From an uncultured Bacteroidales bacterium (GTDB taxonomy: Bacteria > Bacteroidota > Bacteroidia > Bacteroidales > UBA932), in the NCBI GenBank assembly GCA_946402945.1, contig CAMIYB010000001.1, positions 65,427 through 129,426 on the forward strand: 64,000 nt of DNA, given 5' to 3'. Below are positions 46,728 to 56,627 of the stretch, one piece after another. Both the position numbers and the translations under genes were made by a program. Positions within the stretch are counted from its first letter, which is position 1; each line of letters starts with the position of its first letter. Under the pieces are notes generated by a model. It made no database searches, was not told where the DNA came from, and saw only the letters and a program-made list of their open reading frames with translations.

Positions 46728-48518
46728 TTATTTGAGATATTCAGCGATGCCTTGTACGGCGATCTTTGCACTTTGGACGGCCTGGACCACGGTCCTGGGG
46801 CCGGACAGGAAGTCTCCGGCGAGGAAGATTTTCTCCCGGGAGGTCTGCTGGCGTCCGTTCACCTGCAGCCAGCCTTTTTCGTCCGTCCCGGGCCTGTCGT
46901 CTCCGAAGAGACTGTAATCCACGCTTTCGCTCACGGCGATGATCAGCGTGTCGAAGTCCACCTCGTGGTCGGAGCCGTCGATGATGCGGGTGACGATGCC
47001 GCCGTCCGGGCCGGTCACGTTTTCGCAGTCGCGTACCACGGCCACGCCGCGTCCCTCCCGCACCGATACCGATACGGGTACCTGGAACACGGCGAAGCGG
47101 ACGCCTTCCTCCTTTGCCTGTTCCACTTCCAGGGTGTTGGCAGGCATGTTCTCAAAGGTTTTGCGGTAATAGACCCAGGTCTCGGCGCCGCTGCGCACCG
47201 CCGTGCGGCAGGCATCCATGGCCACGTTGCCGCCGCCCACGACGATGACCTTGCGGCCAAGGTCGTAGGATGCGGGGGATTCGAGGTACTGCAGGGCCGG
47301 AATTACGCAGGGAAGGTCTTCCCCGGGGATGCGCATGCGGCGGGCCTTCTCGGCGCCCCCGGCGACCAGGACGGCATCGGATTCGGCGCAGAGTTGCTCC
47401 AGGGACAGGTCGCGGCCGATCCGAACGCCGCCGCGGAAGCGGACCCCCGCTTCCAGCAGGATGCGTTCGTAGGCATCCACCCAGCGGCGGTCCAGCCGGA
47501 AGGGCGGAATCCCGTAGCGGAGCACGCCGCCCATGCGCGGGTGGGCGTCGTAGAGGGTGACCCCGAAGCCCTGCTGCCGCAGGAAAATGGCGGCGGCGAT
47601 CCCGGCCGGGCCGGCGCCCACGACGGATACTTCCCGGCCCTTGTCCGGGGCCGTTTCGAGACGGACCTGTTCGAGATAGGGGAGGGAGATTTCCTGTTCC
47701 ACCAGATACCAGTGGATGGGCATCTTCCGGGCATTGAGGATGCAGTGGCCGAAGCAGAGGCGGTTCCAGTCGCAGACCTGGCAGGTCAGGGCCGACAGGG
47801 GATTGTTGGCAAAGAGCAGCCGGGCGGCCTCGTCCGTCCTGCCTTCGCGGTACAGGCGCATGGCCTCGGGAACGTCCGTCCGCACGGGACAGGCGCCCGA
47901 GCAGCGGGCGTTCTTGCACAGCAGGCAGCGCTGCGCATCCAGGTCCTTGCGCAACTTGTCCAGACCGGTAAAGCGCAGGCCGCGGATGCCCACGGCTTCG
48001 GCTCCGGCCACGTTGGCGGGATTGTCGTCGATGAAGAGGCACTCCTCGGGCTTGAGGCCGTAGCGCTCCAGCAGGATCCGGTAAAAACGGGGATCGGGTT
48101 TGGCCACTTTCTCCTCGCCGGATACGATGTAGCCCTCCAGCAACTTGAGTATCGGATAGTTGCGTACGTTCGGGAAGGTCTCGGCCGACCAGTTGGTCAG
48201 GCCGAAGAGGCGGTATCCCATGGTCTTGAGTTCCTCGAGGTAGGCCCGCATGCCGGGAATCTCCCCGTTCATCATCCTGGGCCATTGCTCGGCGTACATG
48301 CGGATCTCCTTTTCCCATTCGGGGAAGAGGGCTGCGCGCTGGGCGACCCCTTCGGCAAAGGGCCGTCCGGCATCCTGCTGCGTGTTCCATTCCATGGTGC
48401 AGATATGCTCCAGGAACCAGTCCGCCTTCTCGACGCTGCCGAAATAGGGATCGTAGAGGTAGTGGGGATTCCAGTCCAGCAGGACGGCTCCGAAATCGAA
48501 GATAAGGTTGCGGATCAT
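46728..48518 (-). CDS. Fusion of HAD-family phosphatase and GltD-like Fe-S flavoprotein
   Basis: N-terminal FDFGAV, LTNW, KPD, FIDD, then CLLC..C...CP, CQVC...C..HC, GAGPAG, GGGNVA and AGD. Confidence 0.87.
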   Translation of the reverse strand: MIRNLIFDFGAVLLDWNPHYLYDPYFGSVEKADWFLEHICTMEWNTQQDAGRPFAEGVAQRAALFPEWEKEIRMYAEQWPRMMNGEIPGMRAYLEELKTMGYRLFGLTNWSAETFPNVRNYPILKLLEGYIVSGEEKVAKPDPRFYRILLERYGLKPEECLFIDDNPANVAGAEAVGIRGLRFTGLDKLRKDLDAQRCLLCKNARCSGACPVRTDVPEAMRLYREGRTDEAARLLFANNPLSALTCQVCDWNRLCFGHCILNARKMPIHWYLVEQEISLPYLEQVRLETAPDKGREVSVVGAGPAGIAAAIFLRQQGFGVTLYDAHPRMGGVLRYGIPPFRLDRRWVDAYERILLEAGVRFRGGVRIGRDLSLEQLCAESDAVLVAGGAEKARRMRIPGEDLPCVIPALQYLESPASYDLGRKVIVVGGGNVAMDACRTAVRSGAETWVYYRKTFENMPANTLEVEQAKEEGVRFAVFQVPVSVSVREGRGVAVVRDCENVTGPDGGIVTRIIDGSDHEVDFDTLIIAVSESVDYSLFGDDRPGTDEKGWLQVNGRQQTSREKIFLAGDFLSGPRTVVQAVQSAKIAVQGIAEYLK

Positions 48519-49267
48519 TGCTCGTCGGGGAGGTTATCGTCCGGAGCGGAATCCCGCATGATGCGGGACACCCGGTCGTTGTCGGAGGCTTCGGCGAGGA
48601 TGCGCCGGCGCGTGAACTTGAACAGATAGAAACAGAATACCAGCAGCAGGACGGTGAACAGGCCGGAAAGGGCCGGACTGAGTTGGCTGCTGAAGACGAT
48701 GGTGTCGTAGATACCGTGCAGGAGGATGGGGTAGAGCAGGATCTTGACCTTGGTGCCGGCCGGGGCGGAAGTGCCGTAGAAGTGGTTCAGGGAGTAGTAA
48801 TAGCCCATGACCACGGCGAAGGCGAAATGGCCGGGAACGGCAAAGAGGGCGCGGCTCACGCTGACGGAATACCAGGAGGCGCCGGCGGCGAGAACGTACT
48901 GGAGATTCTCGAAGGTGGCGAAGCCCAGCCCCACGGCGGCGGCATAGACGATGCCGTCGTAGCGCTCGTCGAAGTGGGGATTGCGGCGCAGGAGCAGCCA
49001 GAGCATCAGCAACTTGGCGCTTTCCTCCGGCAGGGCGGCCCCGAGGAAGGAGATCCGCACGGCGTCCCGGAAACCGGTGGGCTCCAGGGTGAAATACCCC
49101 ATGCTCAGGAGCGGTCCGGAGATGAGCGTAGAGACGAAGGTGGCGAGGGCGCCGAAGAGGAACCCTTTGAATACCAGGTTCTTCGGCTCAGGGTTGATGT
49201 CCTTGTGGTACACATAGTACATCAATATGAGCGCCGGCAGGGCGGCCGCGATAAAAATGGTCAACAT
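48515..49267 (-). CDS. PrsW-family intramembrane metalloprotease
   Basis: EESAK, GFATFEN, PGH and HGIYD motifs. Confidence 0.92.
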   Translation of the reverse strand: MLTIFIAAALPALILMYYVYHKDINPEPKNLVFKGFLFGALATFVSTLISGPLLSMGYFTLEPTGFRDAVRISFLGAALPEESAKLLMLWLLLRRNPHFDERYDGIVYAAAVGLGFATFENLQYVLAAGASWYSVSVSRALFAVPGHFAFAVVMGYYYSLNHFYGTSAPAGTKVKILLYPILLHGIYDTIVFSSQLSPALSGLFTVLLLVFCFYLFKFTRRRILAEASDNDRVSRIMRDSAPDDNLPDEQ

Positions 49268-49282
49268 GGTCCGCAAACAAAC

Positions 49283-49308
49283 AAAAACAGGCAGCCCGAA
49301 GGCTGCCT
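49283..49308 (-). terminator. Intrinsic terminator immediately after tRNA-Glu
   Basis: Stem AGGCAGCC/GGCTGCCT with a UUCG loop and U tract on the minus strand. Confidence 0.85.
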
Positions 49309-49383
49309 TGGTACTGGGTAGGAGAATCGAACTCCTATTGCGAGATTGAGAATCTCGAGTACTAACCGTTATACGAACCCAGC
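49309..49383 (-). tRNA. tRNA-Glu(CTC)
   Basis: Minus strand GCTGGGT...ACCCAGT-A-CCA, anticodon arm CGAGA-TTCTCAA-TCTCG, T-loop GTTCGATTC; TACCTTTG promoter at 49395-49402. Confidence 0.95.
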
Positions 49384-49462
49384 GGGTTGGGATGCAAAGG
49401 TACGATATTTTTCTGATTCTCCAAATATTATTTGTATTTTTGTAAAACGAAAATTACTGTAT

Positions 49463-50914
49463 ATGGCACTGATCAAATCCATTTCCGGCATCAGGGGCAC
49501 CATCGGCGGTGCACCCGGCGATGCGCTGACCCCCGTCGATATCGTCAAATTCACCTACGCCTACGCCGCCAAGCTGCGCGAGCGCCGTCCCAAGCCGGAG
49601 GGCGAGCGCTACAAGGTCGTCGTCGGCAAGGACGCCCGCCTCTCCGGCGAGATGGTCGAGAACCTCGTCGTCGGCACGCTGCTGGGCTGCGGCATCGACG
49701 TGGTCAAGGCGGGTTTCGCATCTACGCCTACCACCGAACTGGCCGTGACCTTCTCCGGGGCCGACGGCGGCATCATCCTGACCGCTTCCCACAATCCCCG
49801 TCAGTGGAACGCCCTGAAACTGCTCAACGAGAAGGGCGAATTCCTCAATGCGGCCGAGGGCCAGGCCATTCTGGACTGTGCGGCGGCGGAGGACTACGAT
49901 TTCGCCACGGTCGATGAGATCGGTGTAGTGGAGGAAAGGGATTTCACGGATGAACACATCCAGGCCGTGCTCGACCTGCCGGCCGTGGACCTTCAGGCCA
50001 TCCGGAACGCCCGTTTCCGCGTGGTGCTCGATGCCATCAATTCCGTAGGCGGCATCATCATGCCACGTCTGCTGGACCGTCTCGGCGTGCAGTGCATCGG
50101 CATCAACTGTGAGCCGACGGGCGATTTCGCCCACAATCCCGAGCCGCTTCCGCAGAACCTGACCGACCTGTCCGGGACGGTCGTCCGCGAAAAGGCCGAC
50201 CTGGGCATCAGCGTCGATCCGGACGTGGACCGTCTGGCGTTCATCTGTGAGAACGGCGATCCTTTCGTGGAGGAAAATACCCTCATCGCGGTCGCGGACT
50301 ACCTTTTCGCCCGCGCGGAAGGCGAGGCGAAGCGGACGGGGAAGACCCTCGAAGAGGTCGTGGCCCCGTACAAGCCCGTCGCCTGCAGCAACCTCTCTTC
50401 CTCGCGCGGACTGCGCGACGTGGCCGAAGCCCATGGCGGCTCCTATGCGGCCGCGGCGGTCGGCGAGGTGAACGTGACCACGCGGATGCAGGAGGTCGGT
50501 GCCCTGATCGGCGGCGAGGGCAACGGCGGAGTCATCTACCCGGGCAGCCATTATGGACGTGACGCTATGGTGGGCGTCGCCCTGTTCCTGAGCAACCTGG
50601 CGCGGCGCAAGTGCTCCGTTTCCGCCCTCAAGGCATCCCTGCCGCAGTACGCCATTGCCAAGAACCGCATCGAACTCTCGGACAAGTCGCTCATCGACAG
50701 GATTCTCTCCGAACTGCAGCGCATCTATGCGGCCGAGGACGTCAATACCCTCGACGGGGTCAAGATTTCCTTCGAGGCCGAACGCAAATGGGTCCATCTG
50801 CGCCGTTCCAACACCGAGCCCATCATCCGCATCTACGCCGAGGCCCCGACCATGGCGCAGGCGGAGGCCCTTGCCGGCGAGGTGATTGACGTGGCCCGCA
50901 AGATCATCGGCTGA
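49463..50914 (+). CDS. glmM: Phosphoglucosamine mutase / phosphohexomutase
   Basis: Start MALIKSISGIRG; TASHNP, DPDVDR, GGEGNGG and RRSNTEP. Confidence 0.88.
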   Translation: MALIKSISGIRGTIGGAPGDALTPVDIVKFTYAYAAKLRERRPKPEGERYKVVVGKDARLSGEMVENLVVGTLLGCGIDVVKAGFASTPTTELAVTFSGADGGIILTASHNPRQWNALKLLNEKGEFLNAAEGQAILDCAAAEDYDFATVDEIGVVEERDFTDEHIQAVLDLPAVDLQAIRNARFRVVLDAINSVGGIIMPRLLDRLGVQCIGINCEPTGDFAHNPEPLPQNLTDLSGTVVREKADLGISVDPDVDRLAFICENGDPFVEENTLIAVADYLFARAEGEAKRTGKTLEEVVAPYKPVACSNLSSSRGLRDVAEAHGGSYAAAAVGEVNVTTRMQEVGALIGGEGNGGVIYPGSHYGRDAMVGVALFLSNLARRKCSVSALKASLPQYAIAKNRIELSDKSLIDRILSELQRIYAAEDVNTLDGVKISFEAERKWVHLRRSNTEPIIRIYAEAPTMAQAEALAGEVIDVARKIIG

Positions 50915-51978
50915 TGTTCAGTTTCCGCACCACGCCGCTGGAGGACCAGCTCGACCGGGCGCTGCTGAACGGCCGGGTGGGCTGTTTCTGTACCCAGAAC
51001 TGCTGGGATACCTCGCGGGACCGTTATATGTATCAACTCTTTGCGGACAGGGGCAATCTGGAAGTGGTCTTCAATCCCCGGGATGCGGAACTGACGCCCG
51101 GCACCAACCATATTGCCTTCGAGCCGGAGCAGTTGCAGGGCCTGGCCGCCGTCGTCGTGGAGATCCAGGACGTGGGCGCCCGTTATTTCAATTACACCCG
51201 CGACGTTTTCCGCCTGATGGGCGAACTCGTCCGGATGGGGGAAAACGCACCCGCCCTGTATGTGGTGGACCATATCAATCCGGCCGGCCGCTATGTCGAG
51301 GGTTCCATCCCCTCCGGTCCCGCCGAGGACTTCGTACCGAAGGTGGCCCACCGCCACGGCCTGACCCTGGGGGAACTCTGTAACCTGTATTACAGCGAAA
51401 TCGGGGCGAAATTCCCCCTGCACGTCATCTCGGCGCTGGCTTCGGACGCTACGCGCCAACTGATGCCCTGGACCATCGCGCCCGCCTCGGACATCCCGGG
51501 GATGTTTACCTGTTACATGTATTCCGGCGGCGGCCTGTGGAACAATACCACCATCACCCCGGCCATCGGTACGGCCCGGCCCTATGAGTATTTCGGCGCC
51601 CCCTTCATCAAACCGGTCATGGAGACCCTTCCCATGCCCGAAGGCGTGCTCATGCGCAACTGTTCCTTCACGCCGTCGGCGGGGCAGTATGCCGGACAGC
51701 GCTGCTATGGCTACCAGATCATGCTTGCCCCGGGTGCGGAATACCACTCCCTGCTCCATACCCTGCAACTGATGCGCTACTTCCTGGGACGCTATTCCCA
51801 GTTCGAAATCCATCCGGAGTTCTACCGCAAACTCGCCGATCCCGTCCTGGCTTCCTATCTGGCCGGAGAGATCTCTTTCCAGGATGCCCGTGAGCATGTC
51901 AAGACCGAGGAGCAGAAATGGATCCGCAAGGCCAAACGCTTCTCCCTCTACGACGACCTGCCGCTGCGGATGAAATAA
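50914..51978 (+). CDS. DUF1343 / NamZ-like (GH171) protein, divergent
   Basis: IQDVGARYFNY, VVDHINP, RHGLTLGEL and GTARPYE..GAP are present; PEHG and FEGT-type motifs are missing. Confidence 0.78.
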   Translation: MFSFRTTPLEDQLDRALLNGRVGCFCTQNCWDTSRDRYMYQLFADRGNLEVVFNPRDAELTPGTNHIAFEPEQLQGLAAVVVEIQDVGARYFNYTRDVFRLMGELVRMGENAPALYVVDHINPAGRYVEGSIPSGPAEDFVPKVAHRHGLTLGELCNLYYSEIGAKFPLHVISALASDATRQLMPWTIAPASDIPGMFTCYMYSGGGLWNNTTITPAIGTARPYEYFGAPFIKPVMETLPMPEGVLMRNCSFTPSAGQYAGQRCYGYQIMLAPGAEYHSLLHTLQLMRYFLGRYSQFEIHPEFYRKLADPVLASYLAGEISFQDAREHVKTEEQKWIRKAKRFSLYDDLPLRMK

Positions 51979-52059
51979 TTTCGGGACTTTCCTTGGCGGA
52001 TTGCCGGGAAATGCGTATATTTGCAGGCTCAAACGAGAAACTAGTTTATTTATTATACC

Positions 52060-52311
52060 ATGAAGAAAGGAATTCATCCCGAAACCTACCGTCTTGTAGC
52101 TTTCAAGGATATGTCGAACGACACCGTGTTCGTCACCCGTTCCTGCGCCACCACCAAGGAGACCCTGAACGTCGATGGTATCGAATACCCTGTCGTGAAG
52201 CTTGAGATTTCCAACACGTCTCATCCCTTCTACACCGGCAAAGTCAAACTCGTGGACACCGCCGGCCGCGTCGACAAATTCTACCAGCGTTACAAGAACC
52301 GCCAGAAGTAA
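52060..52311 (+). CDS. rpmE2: 50S ribosomal protein L31 type B
   Basis: MKKGIHP...SHPFYTGK...DTAGRVDKF; TATATTTG promoter at 52016-52023. Confidence 0.96.
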   Translation: MKKGIHPETYRLVAFKDMSNDTVFVTRSCATTKETLNVDGIEYPVVKLEISNTSHPFYTGKVKLVDTAGRVDKFYQRYKNRQK

Positions 52312-52336
52312 TTCTTTCCGGCGTCAAGATAGGAAA

Positions 52337-52373
52337 AACGGCTTCCCGCAAGGCGGGGAGCCGTTCTTTTTTT
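52337..52373. terminator. Intrinsic terminator between rpmE2 and the convergent ATPase operon
   Basis: AACGGCTTCCCGC/GCGGGGAGCCGTT stem with a 3' T7 run and a 5' A run. Confidence 0.88.
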
Positions 52374-52403
52374 GCATCCTTCCGGGAAGGTAGAAAGACC
52401 CTG

Positions 52404-52829
<426 letters not shown>

Positions 52830-52839
52830 TTATTGATTA

Positions 52840-54621
52840 TTATTTCTTTAAAGGGTTGAAATTGCGGCCGCTTCCTTCGTAGCCGGAGTTCTTGAAGAAC
52901 TCCAGGAAGTTCAGTCGCAGCGGGTGGACGAAGGCGCCCAGGGCCGCCATGGCGATGTTGAGCGTGTGTCCCACGAGGACCACTAGCACGAAGGGGATCC
53001 AGAGCACATAGGACGACCCGTCGCCGAGAATCATCGCGCCGATGTCGTTGAAAGCCTTTCCGAGCATCGCGCCGGCAAGCCCGAGGGCGTAGAGACGCAG
53101 GTAACTCAGGACGTCGCCGAGCAGGCCGGTGACCGTGTTGTAGGTCTCCCAGAGGCCCGCGCCGATGTTCAGCAGCGGATTGCGGTGCAGGTCGTTGAGG
53201 AGGAAGATCCCCAGGGCCGAGAGCACGCCCAGTCCGATGACGATCCACTTGGTCAGGTCCTTGTCGAGGACGCCGGCCAGGGCGAAGCCGCCCACGATCA
53301 CGCCGCCGACGATCAGCAGGGTCCAGCCCCAGGTGCCGAGGCAGTTCAGGAAGCCTTTCGTGCGGGTCTCATGGATGGTCTTGACCACCATGGCAAGGCT
53401 GATATGGACGATACCGACCACCAGCGCGAGGACCATGGTGCCGTCGTATCCGGCGATCTTGCCCGGCAGGAAGATTCCCTGGATGGGGGCGAAGATGCTC
53501 CAGGAGGCGATGTCCATCGAGAAGAAGGTGTGGAAGAGGAAACCGATGACGGTCGTTCCGATGCCGAGGGTCACCACCAGGGGCGAGAGATCCTTGAAAC
53601 TTTCCGCCTTGCGCAGGAGCAGGCCCAGGACGATCAGAATCAGTCCGTAGCCGCAGTCGCCCATGCAGAAGGCGAAGAACAGCAGGAAGAACACCGAGAT
53701 GAAGGGCGTGGGGTCGAAACCGTCGTAGGCCGGGCGGCCGTACATGTCGGTCAGGACCTCGAACATCCGTACGAATTTGTTGTTCCGCAGGCGGATGGGC
53801 GGGTTTTCCTCCACGGAGGCCGGGTCGGCGGCGTAGAAGACGCCCATGCGGTCGAGACAGGCCTGGACGGCCGCATCGTCCTCCACGGGGGCGTAGCCGA
53901 CGAAGGTCACGACGTGGTCTTCCGCGGCCGTTTCGGCGCTCACGCCGGCCAGGTAGCGGTCCAGGTCGCCCAGTTGGGCGCGGCAGGCCGCTTCCAGTTC
54001 TTCGGCGCGCGCCTGCAGGCCGGCCGCACGGGAGAGCAGGGCCTGCTCTTCTTCCTGCAGACGGTCCAGGCGGGCCTGGACGGCCTCGCAGGAGGTTTTC
54101 GGCGCGGGGACTTCGTCCGGCAGGGAATCTTCGCCGACCACCACCAGAAAGACCCTTCCGCCCTCGCGGGCGACGACTTCCAGCGCGTACTCGGAAGCCC
54201 ATTCCTCCCGGAAGGACTTCTCGGAGACGACGTGGAAGTGGACGGGAGCGCCGGCGCGGGCCAGCCCCTCCAGGGCGGCGGGGTCGAAAGCCCCCCAGGC
54301 CTGGACGGCGGCCAGTTCCTTCTCCGCGGCCTTGCGGGCCTCGCGAAGGGCCGAGAGTTGGTCCAGAAGGTCTTTTACGGCTGTTTCCAGTTCTCCTTCC
54401 ACCGGCTGGGGAACGATGCCTTCGGGAATCTGGATTTTTTCCAGGGACTCTTTCAGGCCTTTGTATTTTTCTGCCACGGCCAGCATCGCGCCGCTTCGTT
54501 CATCGACGGGCTTGACGCTGCGGGTGATATCCACCAGGCCGAGTTCCTGGATCCTGTCCAGGAAACCTTCTTCTTCTCCGCGAAGGAGAATGAAGGCGTA
54601 GCGGGTCATTTTTCCTATCAT
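52840..54621 (-). CDS. ntpI: V/A-type ATPase subunit I
   Basis: Start MIGKMT at 54621; YGRPAY..FDPT, GDCGYG, DVLSYLRLYALGL and HPLRLNFLEFF. Confidence 0.93.
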   Translation of the reverse strand: MIGKMTRYAFILLRGEEEGFLDRIQELGLVDITRSVKPVDERSGAMLAVAEKYKGLKESLEKIQIPEGIVPQPVEGELETAVKDLLDQLSALREARKAAEKELAAVQAWGAFDPAALEGLARAGAPVHFHVVSEKSFREEWASEYALEVVAREGGRVFLVVVGEDSLPDEVPAPKTSCEAVQARLDRLQEEEQALLSRAAGLQARAEELEAACRAQLGDLDRYLAGVSAETAAEDHVVTFVGYAPVEDDAAVQACLDRMGVFYAADPASVEENPPIRLRNNKFVRMFEVLTDMYGRPAYDGFDPTPFISVFFLLFFAFCMGDCGYGLILIVLGLLLRKAESFKDLSPLVVTLGIGTTVIGFLFHTFFSMDIASWSIFAPIQGIFLPGKIAGYDGTMVLALVVGIVHISLAMVVKTIHETRTKGFLNCLGTWGWTLLIVGGVIVGGFALAGVLDKDLTKWIVIGLGVLSALGIFLLNDLHRNPLLNIGAGLWETYNTVTGLLGDVLSYLRLYALGLAGAMLGKAFNDIGAMILGDGSSYVLWIPFVLVVLVGHTLNIAMAALGAFVHPLRLNFLEFFKNSGYEGSGRNFNPLKK

Positions 54622-55226
54622 AGGACAGAGGCCTCCTCTTCCTCGGCGTGGCGTTGCTTGACAATCTTGCTGGAAGCCTTGGAGAGGTTCTCCTCGTCTT
54701 CCATGTAGCGTTTGATCTTGCGGATGGCTTCCTTGTAGCCGGGAATCTGGACTTTCTCGTAGAGGTTGACCTTCTGGGTGGTCTTCTTCCGCTGGTACTC
54801 GAGGATCCGGGCGCATTCCTTCCATACCTCCGACTCGATGCCGAGCCGGCTCAGTTCCTGGAGGATGCGCACGCCGTCGGCATACCAGGCCGGTTTGACG
54901 AAGGCGTTGAAGGGCAGGATCTCGTAGTGGATGTCGCCGAGGGCCGGGACCTTGACACCGGCCACTTTGGCCGTATAGAGGTCCACGTCCGTGATGCGGA
55001 TCAGTCCCGGCTGGAATTCGTTCCAGAGGGAGGCGAGATAGTCGTAGCGCTGCAGGGATTCTTCCAGTTCCGCAAGGACGCGCGCAGAACGGTCCTTGGC
55101 CTTACGCACCTCCATCCGCAGGGCGCTCTCCTTGTTCTGAAGGGTCGGGAGGGCGTTCTGGCGGACCTTGAGCTGCTTGCCCAGGTTGTTCAGGGACGTC
55201 TTGTTATATTGGAACTTAATCGCCAT
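54618..55226 (-). CDS. ntpD: V/A-type ATPase subunit D
   Basis: LPTLQNKE..LR and QKVNLYEKVQIP. Confidence 0.93.
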   Translation of the reverse strand: MAIKFQYNKTSLNNLGKQLKVRQNALPTLQNKESALRMEVRKAKDRSARVLAELEESLQRYDYLASLWNEFQPGLIRITDVDLYTAKVAGVKVPALGDIHYEILPFNAFVKPAWYADGVRILQELSRLGIESEVWKECARILEYQRKKTTQKVNLYEKVQIPGYKEAIRKIKRYMEDEENLSKASSKIVKQRHAEEEEASVL

Positions 55227-55230
55227 ATTG

Positions 55231-55314
55231 TTTTTCGGGATTCCCGGTCAGGCCGGGAATGACGTTTATGCTTTTTTCGGGATTCCCGGTCAGGCCGGGA
55301 ATGACGTTTATGCT
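55231..55314. repeat. Perfect 2 x 42-bp tandem repeat, each unit carrying the REP-like palindrome GATTCCCGG-TCAGG-CCGGGAATGAC
   Basis: Units 55231-55272 and 55273-55314 are identical; the second overlaps the ntpB stop codon. Confidence 0.92.
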
Positions 55315-56627
55315 TTCCAGTATTTTTCGATGAGGGCGTTCTTGATGCCGGTCTCGGCCTTGGAGAAATACTTACCGAACAACTCCCAGGCGGTGTCGAG
55401 CATCTCTTCGATGCGGATGTTGACGTCGATCGAGAGCAGGCGGGTGGCGTATTCCTTCGCATAGGCCAGGCAGCGGTGGTCGTAGTCGGAGAGGTCGAAA
55501 CCGTTCTCCAGCTTGGTCTTCGCGTTCTGGGCATCGGCATAGAGGCGGACGCCGGCGTTCATCACCTGGCTGTGGTCTTCGCGGGTCTGCTTGCCCTGGA
55601 CCAGCTGCTTGAGCCGGGACAGGGAACGGAAGGGGTCGATGATCACCTTGCCCGAGTCGGAGTCGGCGCGCAGGAAGAGCTGGCCTTCCGTGATGTAACC
55701 GGTGTTGTCCGGGATGGCGTGGGTGATATCGCCGTCGTTGAGGGTCGTCACCGCGATGATGGTGATGGAACCGCCGGAAGGCAGCTGCACGGCCTTCTCG
55801 TAGATCTTGGCGAGGTCGGAATAGAGCGAACCCGGCATGGAGTCCTTCGACGGGATCTGGTCCATACGGTTCGAAACGATGGACAGGGCGTCGGCGTAGA
55901 GGGTCATGTCGGTCAGCAGCACCAGCACCTTCTCGTTCTTGTCGGCGGCGAAATACTCCGCGGCCGTCAGGGCCATGTCCGGGATGAGCAGGCGCTCGAC
56001 CGGCGGCTCTTCCGTCGTGTTGACGAAGGAGATGATCTTGTCCAGGGCGCCCGCCGCTTCGAAACTGTGGCGGAAGAAAAGGTAGTCGTCATTGCTCAGG
56101 CCCATGCCGCCGAGGATGATCTTATCGACGTCGGCACGCAGGGCTACGTCGGCCATCACCTGGTTGTAAGGCTGGTCCGGGTCGGCGAAGAAAGGAATCT
56201 TCTGGCCGGAGACGATGGTGTTGTTGAGGTCGATGCCCGCGATGCCGGTCGGAATCAACTGGGACGGCTGGCGGCGCTTGTACGGGTTGACGGAAGGTCC
56301 GCCGATCTGGCGCTCCTCGCCCTCGATCTCGGGACCGCCGTCGATCGGGTGGCCGTAGGCGTCGAAGAAGCGGCCGGAGAGCTGATCGCTCACGTGGAGG
56401 GTAGGCGGCGCTCCGAGGAAGGTGATTTCCGCATTGGTCGGGATGCCTTCCGTGCCGGAGAACACCTGGAGGGTCACCATATCGCCCTTGGTACGCACGA
56501 TCTGTGCGAGACGGCCGTGGACGATGGCCAACTCGTCGTTCGCCACACCGGTGGCCTTCAGGGAGACGGTCGCCTTGGTGATGGCTTCGAGTTGCGTGTA
56601 GATTTTCTGGTATGCCTTAGTTGCCAT
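55308..56627 (-). CDS. ntpB: V/A-type ATPase subunit B
   Basis: GQKIPFF, LTDMT.YADAL, PGSLYSDLA..YEKA and PDNTGYITEGQ. Confidence 0.96.
   Translation of the reverse strand: MATKAYQKIYTQLEAITKATVSLKATGVANDELAIVHGRLAQIVRTKGDMVTLQVFSGTEGIPTNAEITFLGAPPTLHVSDQLSGRFFDAYGHPIDGGPEIEGEERQIGGPSVNPYKRRQPSQLIPTGIAGIDLNNTIVSGQKIPFFADPDQPYNQVMADVALRADVDKIILGGMGLSNDDYLFFRHSFEAAGALDKIISFVNTTEEPPVERLLIPDMALTAAEYFAADKNEKVLVLLTDMTLYADALSIVSNRMDQIPSKDSMPGSLYSDLAKIYEKAVQLPSGGSITIIAVTTLNDGDITHAIPDNTGYITEGQLFLRADSDSGKVIIDPFRSLSRLKQLVQGKQTREDHSQVMNAGVRLYADAQNAKTKLENGFDLSDYDHRCLAYAKEYATRLLSIDVNIRIEEMLDTAWELFGKYFSKAETGIKNALIEKYWKA

Noticed and set aside
55231-55314. Possible mini-CRISPR array
   Set aside because: The two units are fully identical with no unique spacer, and no cas genes are present.
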